Part shown: positions 1 through 10,120 of the stretch, one piece after another
How the letters are laid out: each line of letters begins with the position of its first letter
Position numbering within the stretch: the stretch's first letter is position 1
Assembly: GCA_965223265.1 (NCBI GenBank)
Contig: OZ244999.1
Location: 832,001-896,000 of the forward strand
Source of the DNA: Planctomycetota bacterium
GTDB lineage: Bacteria > Planctomycetota > UBA8108 > SXIK01
DNA: 64,000 bases
Reading direction: 5' to 3'
Made by a program: the position numbers and the translations under genes
Notes under the pieces: model-generated
Told to the model about the DNA's origin: nothing
The model's input: the letters and a program-made list of their open reading frames with translations, nothing else
The model's database searches: none

Positions 1-585
1 AGAACGGAATCCGATGCCATCGATCTCACGCGCCAGTCGATAGGGGTTGCGGCGCACGAGCTGCAGCGCCTCGGCACCGTACTTCTTGACGATTCGATTG
101 GCCCGAGCCGTGCCGAGTCCGTGCGAATGCAGGAAGATCATCACTTCACGCACCGCCTGCTGATCTTCCCACGCCTCGACGATCCGCCGCGCCCGCTCTT
201 CCCCGATGCCCGGCACACCCCGCAGCCTCTCAGGTTCCTTTTCGATGACGTCGAACACCTTTTCTCCGAACTCGCCGATCAGCCGTTCGGCGAGCTGCGG
301 TCCGATGCCCTTCACCATCCCTGAGCCCAGGTATTTACTAGCACCCTCGAGCGTCGTTGGCCGTGAGGCGCGAAGCTCGTCGGCGCGAAACTGCCGACCA
401 TGTTGTTGATCGATCGTCCATTCACCGATGGCATCAACATGGGCGCCTGGTACGACATCGGGCAAATGACCGACGACGCTGAACGGGCGCTGATTCTTCG
501 TCCCCTTCACTTTGAGGACACAAAACCCACTCTCGGCGCTATGAAACGTTACGCGCTCGACCGTGCCCTCAATCGTTTCGCGCAT
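1..585 (-). CDS. recD2: ATP-dependent RecD2-like DNA helicase, N-terminal part (runs off the window edge)
   Basis: Manual translation (not in the ORF track): MRETIEGTVERVTFHSAESGFCVLKVK...YLGSGMVKGIGPQLAERLIGEFG...VPGIGEERARRI...NPYRLAREIDGIGFRS. This is the typical RecD2 N-terminal OB/HhH region. Confidence 0.93.
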   Translation of the reverse strand, partial: MRETIEGTVERVTFHSAESGFCVLKVKGTKNQRPFSVVGHLPDVVPGAHVDAIGEWTIDQQHGRQFRADELRASRPTTLEGASKYLGSGMVKGIGPQLAERLIGEFGEKVFDVIEKEPERLRGVPGIGEERARRIVEAWEDQQAVREVMIFLHSHGLGTARANRIVKKYGAEALQLVRRNPYRLAREIDGIGFRS

Positions 586-773
586 GAAACATGCTCTCGA
601 GTCAAGGTAGGACGATCAACGGAGTCCGACCAATTGTGCCATCGGCTCTCGATTCACTCTATTGAACCATTATGACGTGACGTGCAAAGATGGCCAGGGT
701 GCGTGGACTCCGTGAGGTCGTAGATTGGCGCCCGCCCACCGAGGAACACCAGTGTCGGAGGAGATTCCAGAGA

Positions 774-1625
774 GTGAGCCGTGCTGACGTCCTGGAAAAG
801 ATTCGGATCGGCACCTCCGGGTGGTCGTACGGAGATTGGGTCGGCCCGTTCTACCCGCCGAAGACGGCGAAGGGAGACTTCCTGCCGTTTTACGCTGAGA
901 AGTTCGATGTCGTCGAGATCGATTCGACGTTCTACGCCGTGCCGAGCTCACGCAACGTCGTCAGTTGGCAGCAGCGGACACCTGATCACTTCCGTTTTGC
1001 TACGAAGGTGCCGGGAGCGGTGACTCACGGCGCTCGAGGCGAGCGCCCCAACGTCGAGAAGGTTCTCCTCGATCCTGACGGCGAGCTCGATCGCTACCTC
1101 GAAACGATTCAGCTGCTAGGTGAGAAGCTGGGGCCGATTCTCTTTCAGTTTCCATACTTCAGGGTCAAGGAGCTCAGCGCCGAGGAGTTTTTCGCTCGCC
1201 TGGAGGCGACGCTCGCACGGCTGCCGGGCGAACTCAAGTTCGCTGTTGAGGTGAGGAATCGCGGCTGGTTGAACGGGCGGTTCTACGCGCTTTTGCGGGC
1301 TTACGGCGCCGCGCCTGTTTCGATCGATCACCCATACATGTCAGCACCGCTGGCTCAGTCGAAACAGGCAGAAGTAACGAGTGATTTTTCCTATGTCAGA
1401 TTGCTCGGGGATCGGTACGGAATCGAAAAGGTCACCAAGGAATGGGGCGAGACCGTGGTCGACAAATCTTCCCGTGTGAGCGAATGGGCTCAGGTGCTCC
1501 GCGGTCTTGCGCAGCGCGGCGACACGCGGCAGGTGTTCGTTTTTGCAAACAATCACTTTGCGGGTCACGCTCCCGCCACGTGTGCAGCGTTGCGTGACGC
1601 CTTGGCGGCGACCCACGAGAAGTGA
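774..1625 (+). CDS. DUF72 (YecE-like) domain protein
   Basis: Motifs IRIGTSGWSY, VEIDSTFY, LGPILFQFP, AVEVRN, YVRLLG and FANNHFAGHAP. Start is uncertain (ORF open from 690; GTG at 774 chosen). Confidence 0.9.
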   Translation: MSRADVLEKIRIGTSGWSYGDWVGPFYPPKTAKGDFLPFYAEKFDVVEIDSTFYAVPSSRNVVSWQQRTPDHFRFATKVPGAVTHGARGERPNVEKVLLDPDGELDRYLETIQLLGEKLGPILFQFPYFRVKELSAEEFFARLEATLARLPGELKFAVEVRNRGWLNGRFYALLRAYGAAPVSIDHPYMSAPLAQSKQAEVTSDFSYVRLLGDRYGIEKVTKEWGETVVDKSSRVSEWAQVLRGLAQRGDTRQVFVFANNHFAGHAPATCAALRDALAATHEK

Positions 1626-1641
1626 GGCTATTGCCCACGTC

Positions 1642-1858
1642 GACGTAAACGCAAACGCCTACGCGCACTCCCACGCGCACTCCCACGCGCACTCCCACGC
1701 GCACTCCCACGCGCACTCTCACGCCCACTCTCACGCCCACTCTCACGCCCACTCCCACTCCCACTACTCCCACTCCCACTCCCACTCTCACTCCCACTCT
1801 CACTACTCTCACTCCCACTCTCACGCGCACTCTCACGCTCACGCTCACTCCCACTCCC
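1642..1858. repeat. Low-complexity tandem repeat of hexamers CAC-TCY / CAC-GCN
   Basis: About 200 bp of CACTCC, CACGCG, CACTCT and CACGCC units directly after the DUF72 stop. Confidence 0.95.
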
Positions 1859-2544
1859 CCGGTCACGGTCTCGCAATCGCAATCCCGCATGGCATCGAAA
1901 CACTTCTCTTTTGCAACAATGGGGACAGACATGCCCATCGGCACGGGCGACGACGGCGGATACGGACGCAGTCACAGCGACATGGGAGGCGACCTTGACC
2001 GTCGCGGAGCGGAGTCGCTGGCGCACCGTCGAGTTTTTTCACTCAAGCGATGGTTTTCGCCGTTTGCAATCAGCCGGCCAGGAGTTACAAAACGAGTCGA
2101 GGAATTCGTGCTCGGACACGATGGTGTGTCGGAGCCAGGTGTCGCGCGTCGTTCGGGTCCAGGGAAGCAGGATGGGAATCCATGGTCGCAAGCGCTGGAG
2201 GTTTTCCCGGACCCGGTGGATCTGCCGGTTTCAGCTGGCGTCCGTTTCGAGACCCGCCGGCGTCGGCCCGCCAGGGGGTGACTCGACGCCCAGCGTCCGG
2301 CGCTTGCCGGCCGGCGGGCAGCGCCGGGTCGGGCCGTGTGCAGCAGAGAAGGTGGCCGGCTGCTGCGGCAGGGCCGAAAAGTTACCCTGTGACTGTTGAG
2401 CGTCGAGATTTTGCCGATAAGAGATGACTGTTGCCACAAGCGCGGCCTTTGCGGCCTCGGCCAGTGATCTGCCGAATTTTCGGCGGACGCCCGAGCCACG
2501 TACACGTAACGTGTGCACACCGAGCAGCCCATATCGATCGAGCA

Positions 2545-5136
2545 ATGCATACCGAACGATGGAGGAAGAGTCCGCTGTTCTACACCGACAAGCTGTCTAT
2601 CCATGATCCTGGCTGTGGTTTGCCGCCGCTTATAAGGTCAGGTTTCGGTCTTGCGGCGGCGATTGTCACGGCCGCCTCCCTTGTGGGGGCGCCGGTGGTC
2701 TCGTCACCCCTTTCCGGTGCTGAACCGGTTGCGACCGCGGGTGCTGGAGGCTCTTTTGGGTTCAAGGCCTTGGAAATCTTCAAGGCGTCAGCGAATACGT
2801 CGAGTCTCAGCGTCGCGGACGTCAACGGCGACGGAAGACTCGACTTTGTCTACCCTGACAACAATGAATCGACGTTTCGATTCCTTCTACAACGGGCGCC
2901 TGGCGATCCTCTTCCCGGGGAGGATGTCGACGGTGCGACGAAATCTGTCGTCAAGAGTTCCTTGAACGAAGTGAAGTCAGATCCGCGATTTCGGGTCGAG
3001 AAGTTCTATGCCGACGCGCATGTGAACTCCTTCGTGACTGCTGATTTCAACTCTGATGGCCGACCCGACATCGCGTACTACTCAGACCCACCTGAGCTCG
3101 TAGTGGTTCTGCAGGAGGAGCCGTGGGGTTCGAATCGTCGACGTTTCTCGATCAAAGATGGGAGCGAAAGCCCCTACGCGCTGGAAACAGCGGATCTCAA
3201 CGGCGATCAACGATCGGATCTGCTTCTTCTGAGTGACCACAAAACGTACTTGTTCTATCAAGACGCCAACGGCTCGTTGCAGCAGCCGGCGCTGATCTAT
3301 CACCCGGCTGCGGAGGCGTTCGACGTCGAGGCTGCGGATCTCAACGATGACGGTCGTCTCGACCTCCTCTATGTTGCGCCGCAAGCTGATGATTCCGTCT
3401 ACGTCCAGCTCCAGGGCGAGGGAGGGTTCAGCACCGCTCGAGTCGTCAGGTTGCGCGCCCTCAACTCTTGGTACGTGGCGCCATATCGATTCGGCCGAAA
3501 GCAGAAGGCGATCGCGACGCTGTTCGGTGTCGAGGCGGCGAGCCGGCGACTCAAGGTCCATCGTTGGGAGCGGCGTGATACGGATCACGGCGTCTCGTCG
3601 GCTAACATCGTCGCGCTCGGGCCGGATGGTGATCCGCGCAAACGGCGGCGATTGATTGCCGACGTCAATCTCGACGGTCGAGTCGATCTCGCCGTCAGCG
3701 TTGCGGAGACAGCCCAACTCCACGTTTACTTCCAAGATCAGCATGGCGAGCTGTCGACGCGTGAGACGTACGCGACCTTCGCAGCTGTGAACGGACTTCT
3801 CGCGGTTGATGTCGATGGGGATGGCTCTCGAGAGATTGTCGTCACCAGCGAACAAGAGAAGGCGATCGGGATCAGTCGCTGGGACGGCGCTCGATTGACG
3901 CTACCGAAGCGGTATTCGTTGGAGGAGCCGCCCCTTCTGCTGGCGCAACCGGCCGCGGCGAACGACGACAACCGTCTCGTGGTCGTCCTGAGTAAAGGGG
4001 CCAAGCGCGGGACATATGATCTCAGCGAGTACAGTTTCGTCGGCAGCGAGGCGACTGTGAAGCGCTCGGTCAACTTGAAGCTGAAGAGCCGCGCCGGCGA
4101 CGTTCGGCTCTTTGATGTGGAGGGAGACGGAGACCTTGACGCCCTCGTACTTGTGCCTTTCGCCCCGCCTGTGCTGGTCGTCAGTCAGAGCGATGCCGAC
4201 GGAGAGTTCGAGATCGCATCGGACGACGCGGCCGCAGGGCTTGGTCAGCTTAGCGGAGTGGCCGCCACAGCGATCCGGACGCTTCCCGCCAAACAGTTCG
4301 ATGCGGCGACAGCTTCTGACGATGGCAAGGGTGACGCCCTCGTGCTCAGCAAGGGCAGCTACGTCCGTTTCTTGCGTTACACCGACGGTCAGCTGACTGT
4401 CGTCGACCAGATCTCTGGACGTGATTCGAGTGCCAAGATCGCCAGCGCCACGCTTGTACAGCTTGACGACGATCCCGAGCCGGAGATTGCGCTCCTTGAC
4501 GGAGAACGGAGCGAGCTTGAGATTGTCGACCGCCTACAGGGTGGCGACTACGCACGGCTCCACACCCTACGCGTCCCCAAGATCGAACTCGAAGACGTCG
4601 TAGCACGCGATATGAATGGAGACGGCCGTGATGACCTCGTGCTTCTAGGCCAGCGCGTCGTGACGATCTTCTACCGCATCGACAGCGAGGCCGGATTTCG
4701 TGAGAGACAGAACTTCACTGTTGAGAAGCACGAAGAGATCGGTCGCCCGCTCGACCTCACTGTCGGCGACTTGAACGGCGATTCCCAGTCGGACGTGGTT
4801 CTGGCCACCGTGCCGCGTTACAATCTCCTTTGCCTCTCGGCTGAGGAAGAAGCGACAGCCGAAGGTTCTGAAGTGTCTGGCTCTGCTTCAGAGGAGGACG
4901 CGGCGCGGGAGTCTGAGCGCTCGCAGAGCGTTACGCTGAAAACACGGCTTGCGTTCACGCTGTTTGAGGAGAAGTCGTATATGCGTCGTGGCGGCGGCGG
5001 TGGACCCCGGTTCATGACGATCGCGGATGTCGATGGGGACCAGCTTGACGACTTGGTGCTCCTCATTCACGATCGAATTCTGCTTTATCTGCAAGATGCT
5101 GCGCCCAACAGCGACTCACATCACGGAGCTCAGTAG
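2545..5136 (+). CDS. Secreted FG-GAP/VCBS repeat (integrin-like beta-propeller) protein
   Basis: Many DxNGDGxxD Ca-binding repeats (ADVNGDGRLD, ADFNSDGRPD, ADLNGDQRSD, DMNGDGRDD) and a hydrophobic signal-like N-terminus. Start uncertain. Confidence 0.88.
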   Translation: MHTERWRKSPLFYTDKLSIHDPGCGLPPLIRSGFGLAAAIVTAASLVGAPVVSSPLSGAEPVATAGAGGSFGFKALEIFKASANTSSLSVADVNGDGRLDFVYPDNNESTFRFLLQRAPGDPLPGEDVDGATKSVVKSSLNEVKSDPRFRVEKFYADAHVNSFVTADFNSDGRPDIAYYSDPPELVVVLQEEPWGSNRRRFSIKDGSESPYALETADLNGDQRSDLLLLSDHKTYLFYQDANGSLQQPALIYHPAAEAFDVEAADLNDDGRLDLLYVAPQADDSVYVQLQGEGGFSTARVVRLRALNSWYVAPYRFGRKQKAIATLFGVEAASRRLKVHRWERRDTDHGVSSANIVALGPDGDPRKRRRLIADVNLDGRVDLAVSVAETAQLHVYFQDQHGELSTRETYATFAAVNGLLAVDVDGDGSREIVVTSEQEKAIGISRWDGARLTLPKRYSLEEPPLLLAQPAAANDDNRLVVVLSKGAKRGTYDLSEYSFVGSEATVKRSVNLKLKSRAGDVRLFDVEGDGDLDALVLVPFAPPVLVVSQSDADGEFEIASDDAAAGLGQLSGVAATAIRTLPAKQFDAATASDDGKGDALVLSKGSYVRFLRYTDGQLTVVDQISGRDSSAKIASATLVQLDDDPEPEIALLDGERSELEIVDRLQGGDYARLHTLRVPKIELEDVVARDMNGDGRDDLVLLGQRVVTIFYRIDSEAGFRERQNFTVEKHEEIGRPLDLTVGDLNGDSQSDVVLATVPRYNLLCLSAEEEATAEGSEVSGSASEEDAARESERSQSVTLKTRLAFTLFEEKSYMRRGGGGGPRFMTIADVDGDQLDDLVLLIHDRILLYLQDAAPNSDSHHGAQ

Positions 5137-6330
5137 ATGTTGATCAACAGACCCGAACACAACCAGGCCGGCCTCGGGCGCAGAGGCATCATGAGAGCGC
5201 CGATCGCGGCGGCTCTGTCCTGCGTGCTTTGGACTGCAGCGGTGGCGGCCGATGAGGCGGGTGCAGAGGCGCCGGCCGGGGAGGGCGGCGCTGGTGGGGC
5301 TACAGCCGACGGCGCCGATAAGAATCCTGGCGTGTCTGGCGCCGACACTGTGGCTCAGGTCGCCCCGATCGTCTCGGTGGCAATCGGAAGCCGATGCGAG
5401 GTCCATCTGCAATCGGGAGCCTTGGTGCGCGGATCGCTGGCGAAGCGAACCGCGACCCGTGTTTTTGTCGATATCGGTTTCACGATCATCGAGCTCCCGC
5501 TGGTTCAAGTGCGCGAGATCAACGACCTCAGCGATGACGAGGCAACGGAGAACGCGCGGGCGCGACAAACCGTTCAGGCTGATTCGATCTTTTTCGGAGC
5601 TCGTTTGCAGCCGGGAACGATCGAGTCCAAAGCCCGTGAAGTGGGCGAGGCGGTTGTTCAGATTCAGTGTCTCGGCAAGCTAGGCTCTGGGTTCATCATC
5701 AATAAACGTGAAGGTTACGTCGTGACGAATTTTCACGTTGTGGAGCGAGAGCAGGATATCTCTGTTGTTCTCTACGTGAGCGAACAAAGCGGTTTTCGCA
5801 AGGTCAAGACCGACCAAGTGAAGATCATTGCGCTCAATTCTTTTTTCGACCTGGCGCTGCTTCAGATCCAGGACACCAAGGGAGTGGAGCTCAAGCAATG
5901 CTACCTGGGCGACTATGCGCGCGTTCGTGTCGGCGATCCAGTGTTTGCTGTGGGTAGTCCATTAGGGCTTGAGCGTTCGGTCTCCGAGGGAATCGTCAGC
6001 AATCGGAATCGAGCTCTTAGCGGCTACCTGCTCATACAGACAACCGCACCGATCAACCCGGGCAACAGTGGCGGACCGCTGTTCAATCAGCGCGGGGAAG
6101 TGATCGGTGTCACCAGCCTGAAGATTCGAGGCGGCGAATCGCTCGGATTCGCCATTCCGATTCATTACGTAAAGGATTTTTTGCGTCACCGTGACGCGTT
6201 TTCGTTCGACAAAGACAACCCGAATACTGGCATTCGTTACCTCGCTCCGCCACCGAAGTCGCCTGTAGAGACGACTGGGCAGGCGGCGGGCGCGGCGTCG
6301 TCTGCGGAAACCGACCAGCGGGGCTTGTGA
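5137..6330 (+). CDS. Trypsin-like serine protease (S1C/HtrA family), no PDZ domain
   Basis: GSGF, TNFHVV (His), DLALL (Asp), INPGNSGGPL (Ser); signal peptide present. Confidence 0.92.
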   Translation: MLINRPEHNQAGLGRRGIMRAPIAAALSCVLWTAAVAADEAGAEAPAGEGGAGGATADGADKNPGVSGADTVAQVAPIVSVAIGSRCEVHLQSGALVRGSLAKRTATRVFVDIGFTIIELPLVQVREINDLSDDEATENARARQTVQADSIFFGARLQPGTIESKAREVGEAVVQIQCLGKLGSGFIINKREGYVVTNFHVVEREQDISVVLYVSEQSGFRKVKTDQVKIIALNSFFDLALLQIQDTKGVELKQCYLGDYARVRVGDPVFAVGSPLGLERSVSEGIVSNRNRALSGYLLIQTTAPINPGNSGGPLFNQRGEVIGVTSLKIRGGESLGFAIPIHYVKDFLRHRDAFSFDKDNPNTGIRYLAPPPKSPVETTGQAAGAASSAETDQRGL

Positions 6331-6381
6331 TACCCGAACGCATCTCCGAGACGATTGCGAAAAAAGGAAAGGAAGTACCGC

Positions 6382-8142
6382 ATGGACATCCGCAACATCC
6401 GCAGCTGTTTTTTGGCGACTCTGGTCGTCGCGTTGGCGTGGACCAGCACCTCGGCAGCCGAGAGTAGAGTCCTCGGCGCGTTGCCGGCTGATGTGACAGC
6501 CTTCATCCAGATTCCCAGCGTCAAGCAGTTCCGGGACAACTTTGAGAAGACTCCCATCTACGCCATGAAGGACCGGCCGGCGGTCGCCAAGTTCCTCAAG
6601 GACATGGAGAGCAAGCTAGAGGAGATCCGCTCCGAGGCGCGGAAGGAGGTCGGCGTCGACCCTTGGGAGCTCCTGACGTCGATTGAGGGTGAAGCCGTCA
6701 TCGGTCTCGGGGGGCTCGATGCGCTGAAGCAAGCGCTGACCACCCAGCTGAGTGGCAGTGGCGAGGCAGATGTGACCAGCAAAGACGTTGGACTGTTCCT
6801 CGCCGTCGATGCCGGCGGCGCGAAGGACAAGGTTCGCGAGAGCTTCGACGCACTCCTCGACAAGGGACGAGAGGAGGGGGCGCGGATAGAGGTCGAGGAT
6901 TTCCACGGTGGCGAGATCACGTCGATCTTGCCCCCCGAGGGCGAAGACGCCGATGGTTTCGACGGCATCTATGTCGCGGAACACGGCTCCCATTTCGTTT
7001 TGGGGCTGCGTCGAGATCTCACCGAGCAAATCGTCGTCAAGCTTGAGAGCGGCGAAACCGGCGGCCTGACCTCCGATGAGAATTTTCGCACGACGTTCGA
7101 CGCCGCCGGGCGTGGCGGTGACCTCTTCATGTTCGTGAACATCGCCAGTGTCACCGGCATGCTCGACGAGTCACTCGGGGTTTCGATGTACGGTTTCTTT
7201 TGGCAGAAGGCGCGGGACCTCCTCATCGGCGAGGCGATGGAGAATCTAGGTGCCGCATACTTCATAGGTGAAGATCGTTTGCGCTCAACCACGTTCGTCA
7301 ATGATGGCGGTGCCCGGCAAGGCATTCTTGGCTGGATGGACGCGCCGTCGATTGAGGCGACGCCTCCGGCTTATTCGCTCGAAGAGGCCACAGTCGTGAG
7401 TAGTGGAAGTGTCAATTTCGAGCGCATCGTCGGTGCCTTGGAGGAAGTGGCGAAAGTCTTCATGCAGTTCCAGGGTGGCGGCGACCCAGCGGCACTTTTC
7501 GAGCAACAATTCGGTGTTTCGCTGGCGGATTTCAAGCGTTCCTGGGGAACACGCATCGACACCTTCAGCACGGGTGTCGCCGACGTCGAGGAGAATCCAC
7601 TGGGCGACGCGACGATTGTGATCGAACTGAAGGACTCCCAGCCGCTGAAAACCATCCTGGACAAAATTCAACAGATGGCTCCGGGTGCTCTCACACCGGA
7701 AGAGTATCAGGGCTATTCACTGCTGAAAACTTCGCCCTTTGGTGAGCATCAGCCGGCGCTCGCCCTCACTAAGAACAGTCTGATCTTCGGCATCGAGACG
7801 TCCAACGTGCAGAAAGTCATCCGGCGCCTTAAGTCGGAGAGTTCACCGCTGCAAAGCAATGCTGAGTTCAAGGCGGCTTCGAGTACCGTGCCGAACAAGG
7901 TGAGCTTCTTTCAGTTTCAAAGCAGCGAATACCTCAAACAGATGTCGTCGTTGTACCTGAAAATGTTCGACGGTGCTTCGGATGTGTTGGACTCTTCCGA
8001 CGAAGACATGCCGGCTAGCTTTCCAGCCATGCTCAAAGACGTGGTCGGCAACCTAGGCTCCCTTTTCAAGTACAGCTTCACTTGGGGTGGATGGAAGGAG
8101 AAGGGCTTCTTCATGGAGGGGACTGCTCCGTTCGCCGATTGA
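6382..8142 (+). CDS. Secreted hypothetical protein (DUF3352-like)
   Basis: Signal peptide followed by LPADVTAFIQIPSV. The acidic alpha/beta pattern resembles planctomycete DUF3352-like proteins; the family call is tentative. Confidence 0.6.
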   Translation: MDIRNIRSCFLATLVVALAWTSTSAAESRVLGALPADVTAFIQIPSVKQFRDNFEKTPIYAMKDRPAVAKFLKDMESKLEEIRSEARKEVGVDPWELLTSIEGEAVIGLGGLDALKQALTTQLSGSGEADVTSKDVGLFLAVDAGGAKDKVRESFDALLDKGREEGARIEVEDFHGGEITSILPPEGEDADGFDGIYVAEHGSHFVLGLRRDLTEQIVVKLESGETGGLTSDENFRTTFDAAGRGGDLFMFVNIASVTGMLDESLGVSMYGFFWQKARDLLIGEAMENLGAAYFIGEDRLRSTTFVNDGGARQGILGWMDAPSIEATPPAYSLEEATVVSSGSVNFERIVGALEEVAKVFMQFQGGGDPAALFEQQFGVSLADFKRSWGTRIDTFSTGVADVEENPLGDATIVIELKDSQPLKTILDKIQQMAPGALTPEEYQGYSLLKTSPFGEHQPALALTKNSLIFGIETSNVQKVIRRLKSESSPLQSNAEFKAASSTVPNKVSFFQFQSSEYLKQMSSLYLKMFDGASDVLDSSDEDMPASFPAMLKDVVGNLGSLFKYSFTWGGWKEKGFFMEGTAPFAD

Positions 8143-8231
8143 GGAATCTCTCGATGTCGCTGCGCGTAGTCGTGTCGGTCCGGGAGGTCGGTCGACGCAT
8201 TCGTGCAGCGACATGCGGCGTGCCAGTTGAG

Positions 8232-8376
8232 CGGCCAGCCTGAAAAAGTGCTTCGAATCGAAAACTGCTCTCTTCGCATCCAGATCGACTGCACACCAAC
8301 GCGGGTAATCTCCGAGCCCTGACGCGGTCGAGCTGGGCGTGAAGAGGTTAGTTTCTCGGCCGAACTCAACGGGCTG
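8232..8376 (-). mobile_element. MITE family A, degenerate copy
   Basis: Homologous to 59347-59505 (AAAAAGTGCTTCGA...AAAACT...GCGGTCGAGCTGGGCGTGAAGAGG...TCAACGGGCTG). Confidence 0.8.
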
Positions 8377-8395
8377 TTTCGGTTCGGTCCCCTCG

Positions 8396-8424
8396 TGACA
8401 CGGACTGACACGGACTGACACTGA
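8396..8424. repeat. Short tandem repeat TGACACGGAC x2 plus partial units
   Basis: tgacacggac-tgacacggac-tgacac-tgac. Confidence 0.7.
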
Positions 8425-8479
8425 CGCCGGCCGACCGTGGCGCGTCACGGTCTCGAAACGCCCTGCGGCCGCCATTCAT

Positions 8480-9595
8480 TTAGAGCGGTGGTTGGACGTT
8501 CACGTGCACTTTGATGGCTTGGCGATCCTCGCTGAGCTGTCGCATCATTTCTGCATAGTTCTCTAGCCCATCGACCGGATTGCTCAGTAGGTTGCTGCAC
8601 CAGCCTGAGTAGGCGGCTTCCGCGTGGGCGAAATCTCTGACACCGTCCTCGAAGTAGCCTCGATGCGCGTTCACTGTGCCAAACATCACTTTGTTGTGGA
8701 GGACGAAGTTCAGGTTCAGCTCGTCGGCAGGGATCTCGTGTCTGCCTTTGCCACCTGTGATGCTGGTGAGAACCAGAATGCCGTTCTTTCCAACGATCTC
8801 CATCGAAGCGAATGCGACGCGTGACGACCCCGTCGCCTCGAACACGATGTCGAACGGTCCATGCGGCCTCGCTGCCTCGGGGAGGGACTGAGAGGAGAGA
8901 CTCACATAGCGCGCGCCCAGTTGTTCCACCAAGGACGACTTGGGGTTAGGTGCTGGGGACCGCGCGAAGACGGTGACGTCTAAACCGCGAAGGCGCAGCA
9001 CCAACGCCGCAAGTTGGCCGATGGCGCCGGCGCCCGTGATCGCCGCTCGCTGAGGTTGCCAGATGCGGAGCCGCCGCTGAATTTCATGCGCCTGTGAGAT
9101 TCCTTTTTGGACGATGCTCATAGGTTCCATGAGGACACCCAGATGCCGCAGCGACGACGGCACTTTCACGATGTACTCTGGATCATCGACGAAGTACTCG
9201 GTCAGGAAGCCGTGGAGCAAGTTGATGCCGCGTTCGTAGTACGTGTCGCCCGTCGTCATGTCGTAGTGACCGATCCGGTCGTACGGGCTGTTGCCTCGGC
9301 GTCGGACTGTCGGCGAGACGAAGTCTCCAGGGCGTAGGTCCGTGACGTTCGGGCCGACTTCCACAACTCGGCCGAAACATTCGTGACCAATCACTAGAAA
9401 GTCATATCCGGGGGGGGCATTGCCGTACTCAGCGGCGTTGATTTCCTTGTCTGTGCCGTCGACACCCACCTGTAGAACTTCGACTAGCACGCCGCGCCCT
9501 GACTCGATGTCTTCGAGCTTTGGCTTTTCCAGGTTCGTCAAGTGAACGCTATTGGCTGTCCCGGGAGTCACCGCGATCGCTTGCACTGTCTTCAC
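8480..9595 (-). CDS. gdh: Zn-dependent glucose 1-dehydrogenase (MDR family, archaeal-type)
   Basis: [37 protein letters not shown]; GTG start. Confidence 0.88.
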   Translation of the reverse strand: MKTVQAIAVTPGTANSVHLTNLEKPKLEDIESGRGVLVEVLQVGVDGTDKEINAAEYGNAPPGYDFLVIGHECFGRVVEVGPNVTDLRPGDFVSPTVRRRGNSPYDRIGHYDMTTGDTYYERGINLLHGFLTEYFVDDPEYIVKVPSSLRHLGVLMEPMSIVQKGISQAHEIQRRLRIWQPQRAAITGAGAIGQLAALVLRLRGLDVTVFARSPAPNPKSSLVEQLGARYVSLSSQSLPEAARPHGPFDIVFEATGSSRVAFASMEIVGKNGILVLTSITGGKGRHEIPADELNLNFVLHNKVMFGTVNAHRGYFEDGVRDFAHAEAAYSGWCSNLLSNPVDGLENYAEMMRQLSEDRQAIKVHVNVQPPL

Positions 9596-9622
9596 TCTCT
9601 CCTGTGGTCTAACCTAACCTAA

Positions 9623-9801
9623 CAGCCCGTTGAAAAAGTCATTCGGCCGAAGAAACTGGCCTCTTCACGCCCAGCTCGACCGCGTCAATACTCGCCATCA
9701 GAATCGAAAGAAGAGGGCCCGAAGATTGCCTCCGTTTGCCGCAGCCGATCTGGACGCGAAGAGACCAGTTTTCGGCTCGAAGCACTTTTTCAGGCGGGCT
9801 G
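9623..9801 (+). mobile_element. MITE family A, full copy with CTAA target-site duplication
   Basis: TIRs CAGCCCGTTGAAAAAG / CTTTTTCAGGCGGGCTG, flanked by CTAA at 9619-9622 and 9802-9805. Confidence 0.88.
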
Positions 9802-9806
9802 CTAAC

Positions 9807-9900
9807 CTCGAGTTTGGCCATTTCGCGCCGGCCTGGCCGGACGAGTTTCGCGGGGATTCAAAGGCCCTTTCGACTTTTCTGTACCCTGAGAACCCTGTGC
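9807..9900 (+). mobile_element. MITE family B, left-end fragment
   Basis: Near-identical to 10121-10215 (CTCGAGTTTGGCCATTTCGCGCCGGCCTGGCCGGACGAG...GTACCCTGAGAACCCT). Confidence 0.8.
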
Positions 9901-9992
9901 TCGAAAATCTCGGAGATTACCTGCGTTTGCCGCGGCCGATCTGGCCGCGAAGAGACCAGCTTTCGGCTCGAAGCACTTTTTCAGGCGGGCTG
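9900..9992 (+). mobile_element. MITE family A, right-half fragment
   Basis: CTCGAAAATCTCGGAGATTACCTGCG...GAAGCACTTTTTCAGGCGGGCTG matches the right half of 34395-34552. Confidence 0.8.
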
Positions 9993-10120
9993 CCAAGGTC
10001 GAAGCCTGCCCGAATCAGCGATGCGTGCCGACAAGCCCCAACGGCGGGGAAAGGTCCCGTTTCCAGTTCGACTCGAAGTAGCACGGCGACGCTCGGGCGT
10101 CCTTGCGTCCACCTTGCCAG

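Noticed and set aside
2130-2175. CAGG...GGAAGCAG resembling the SRP RNA domain IV
   Set aside because: Spacing and the GNRA-capped stem do not fit ffs.
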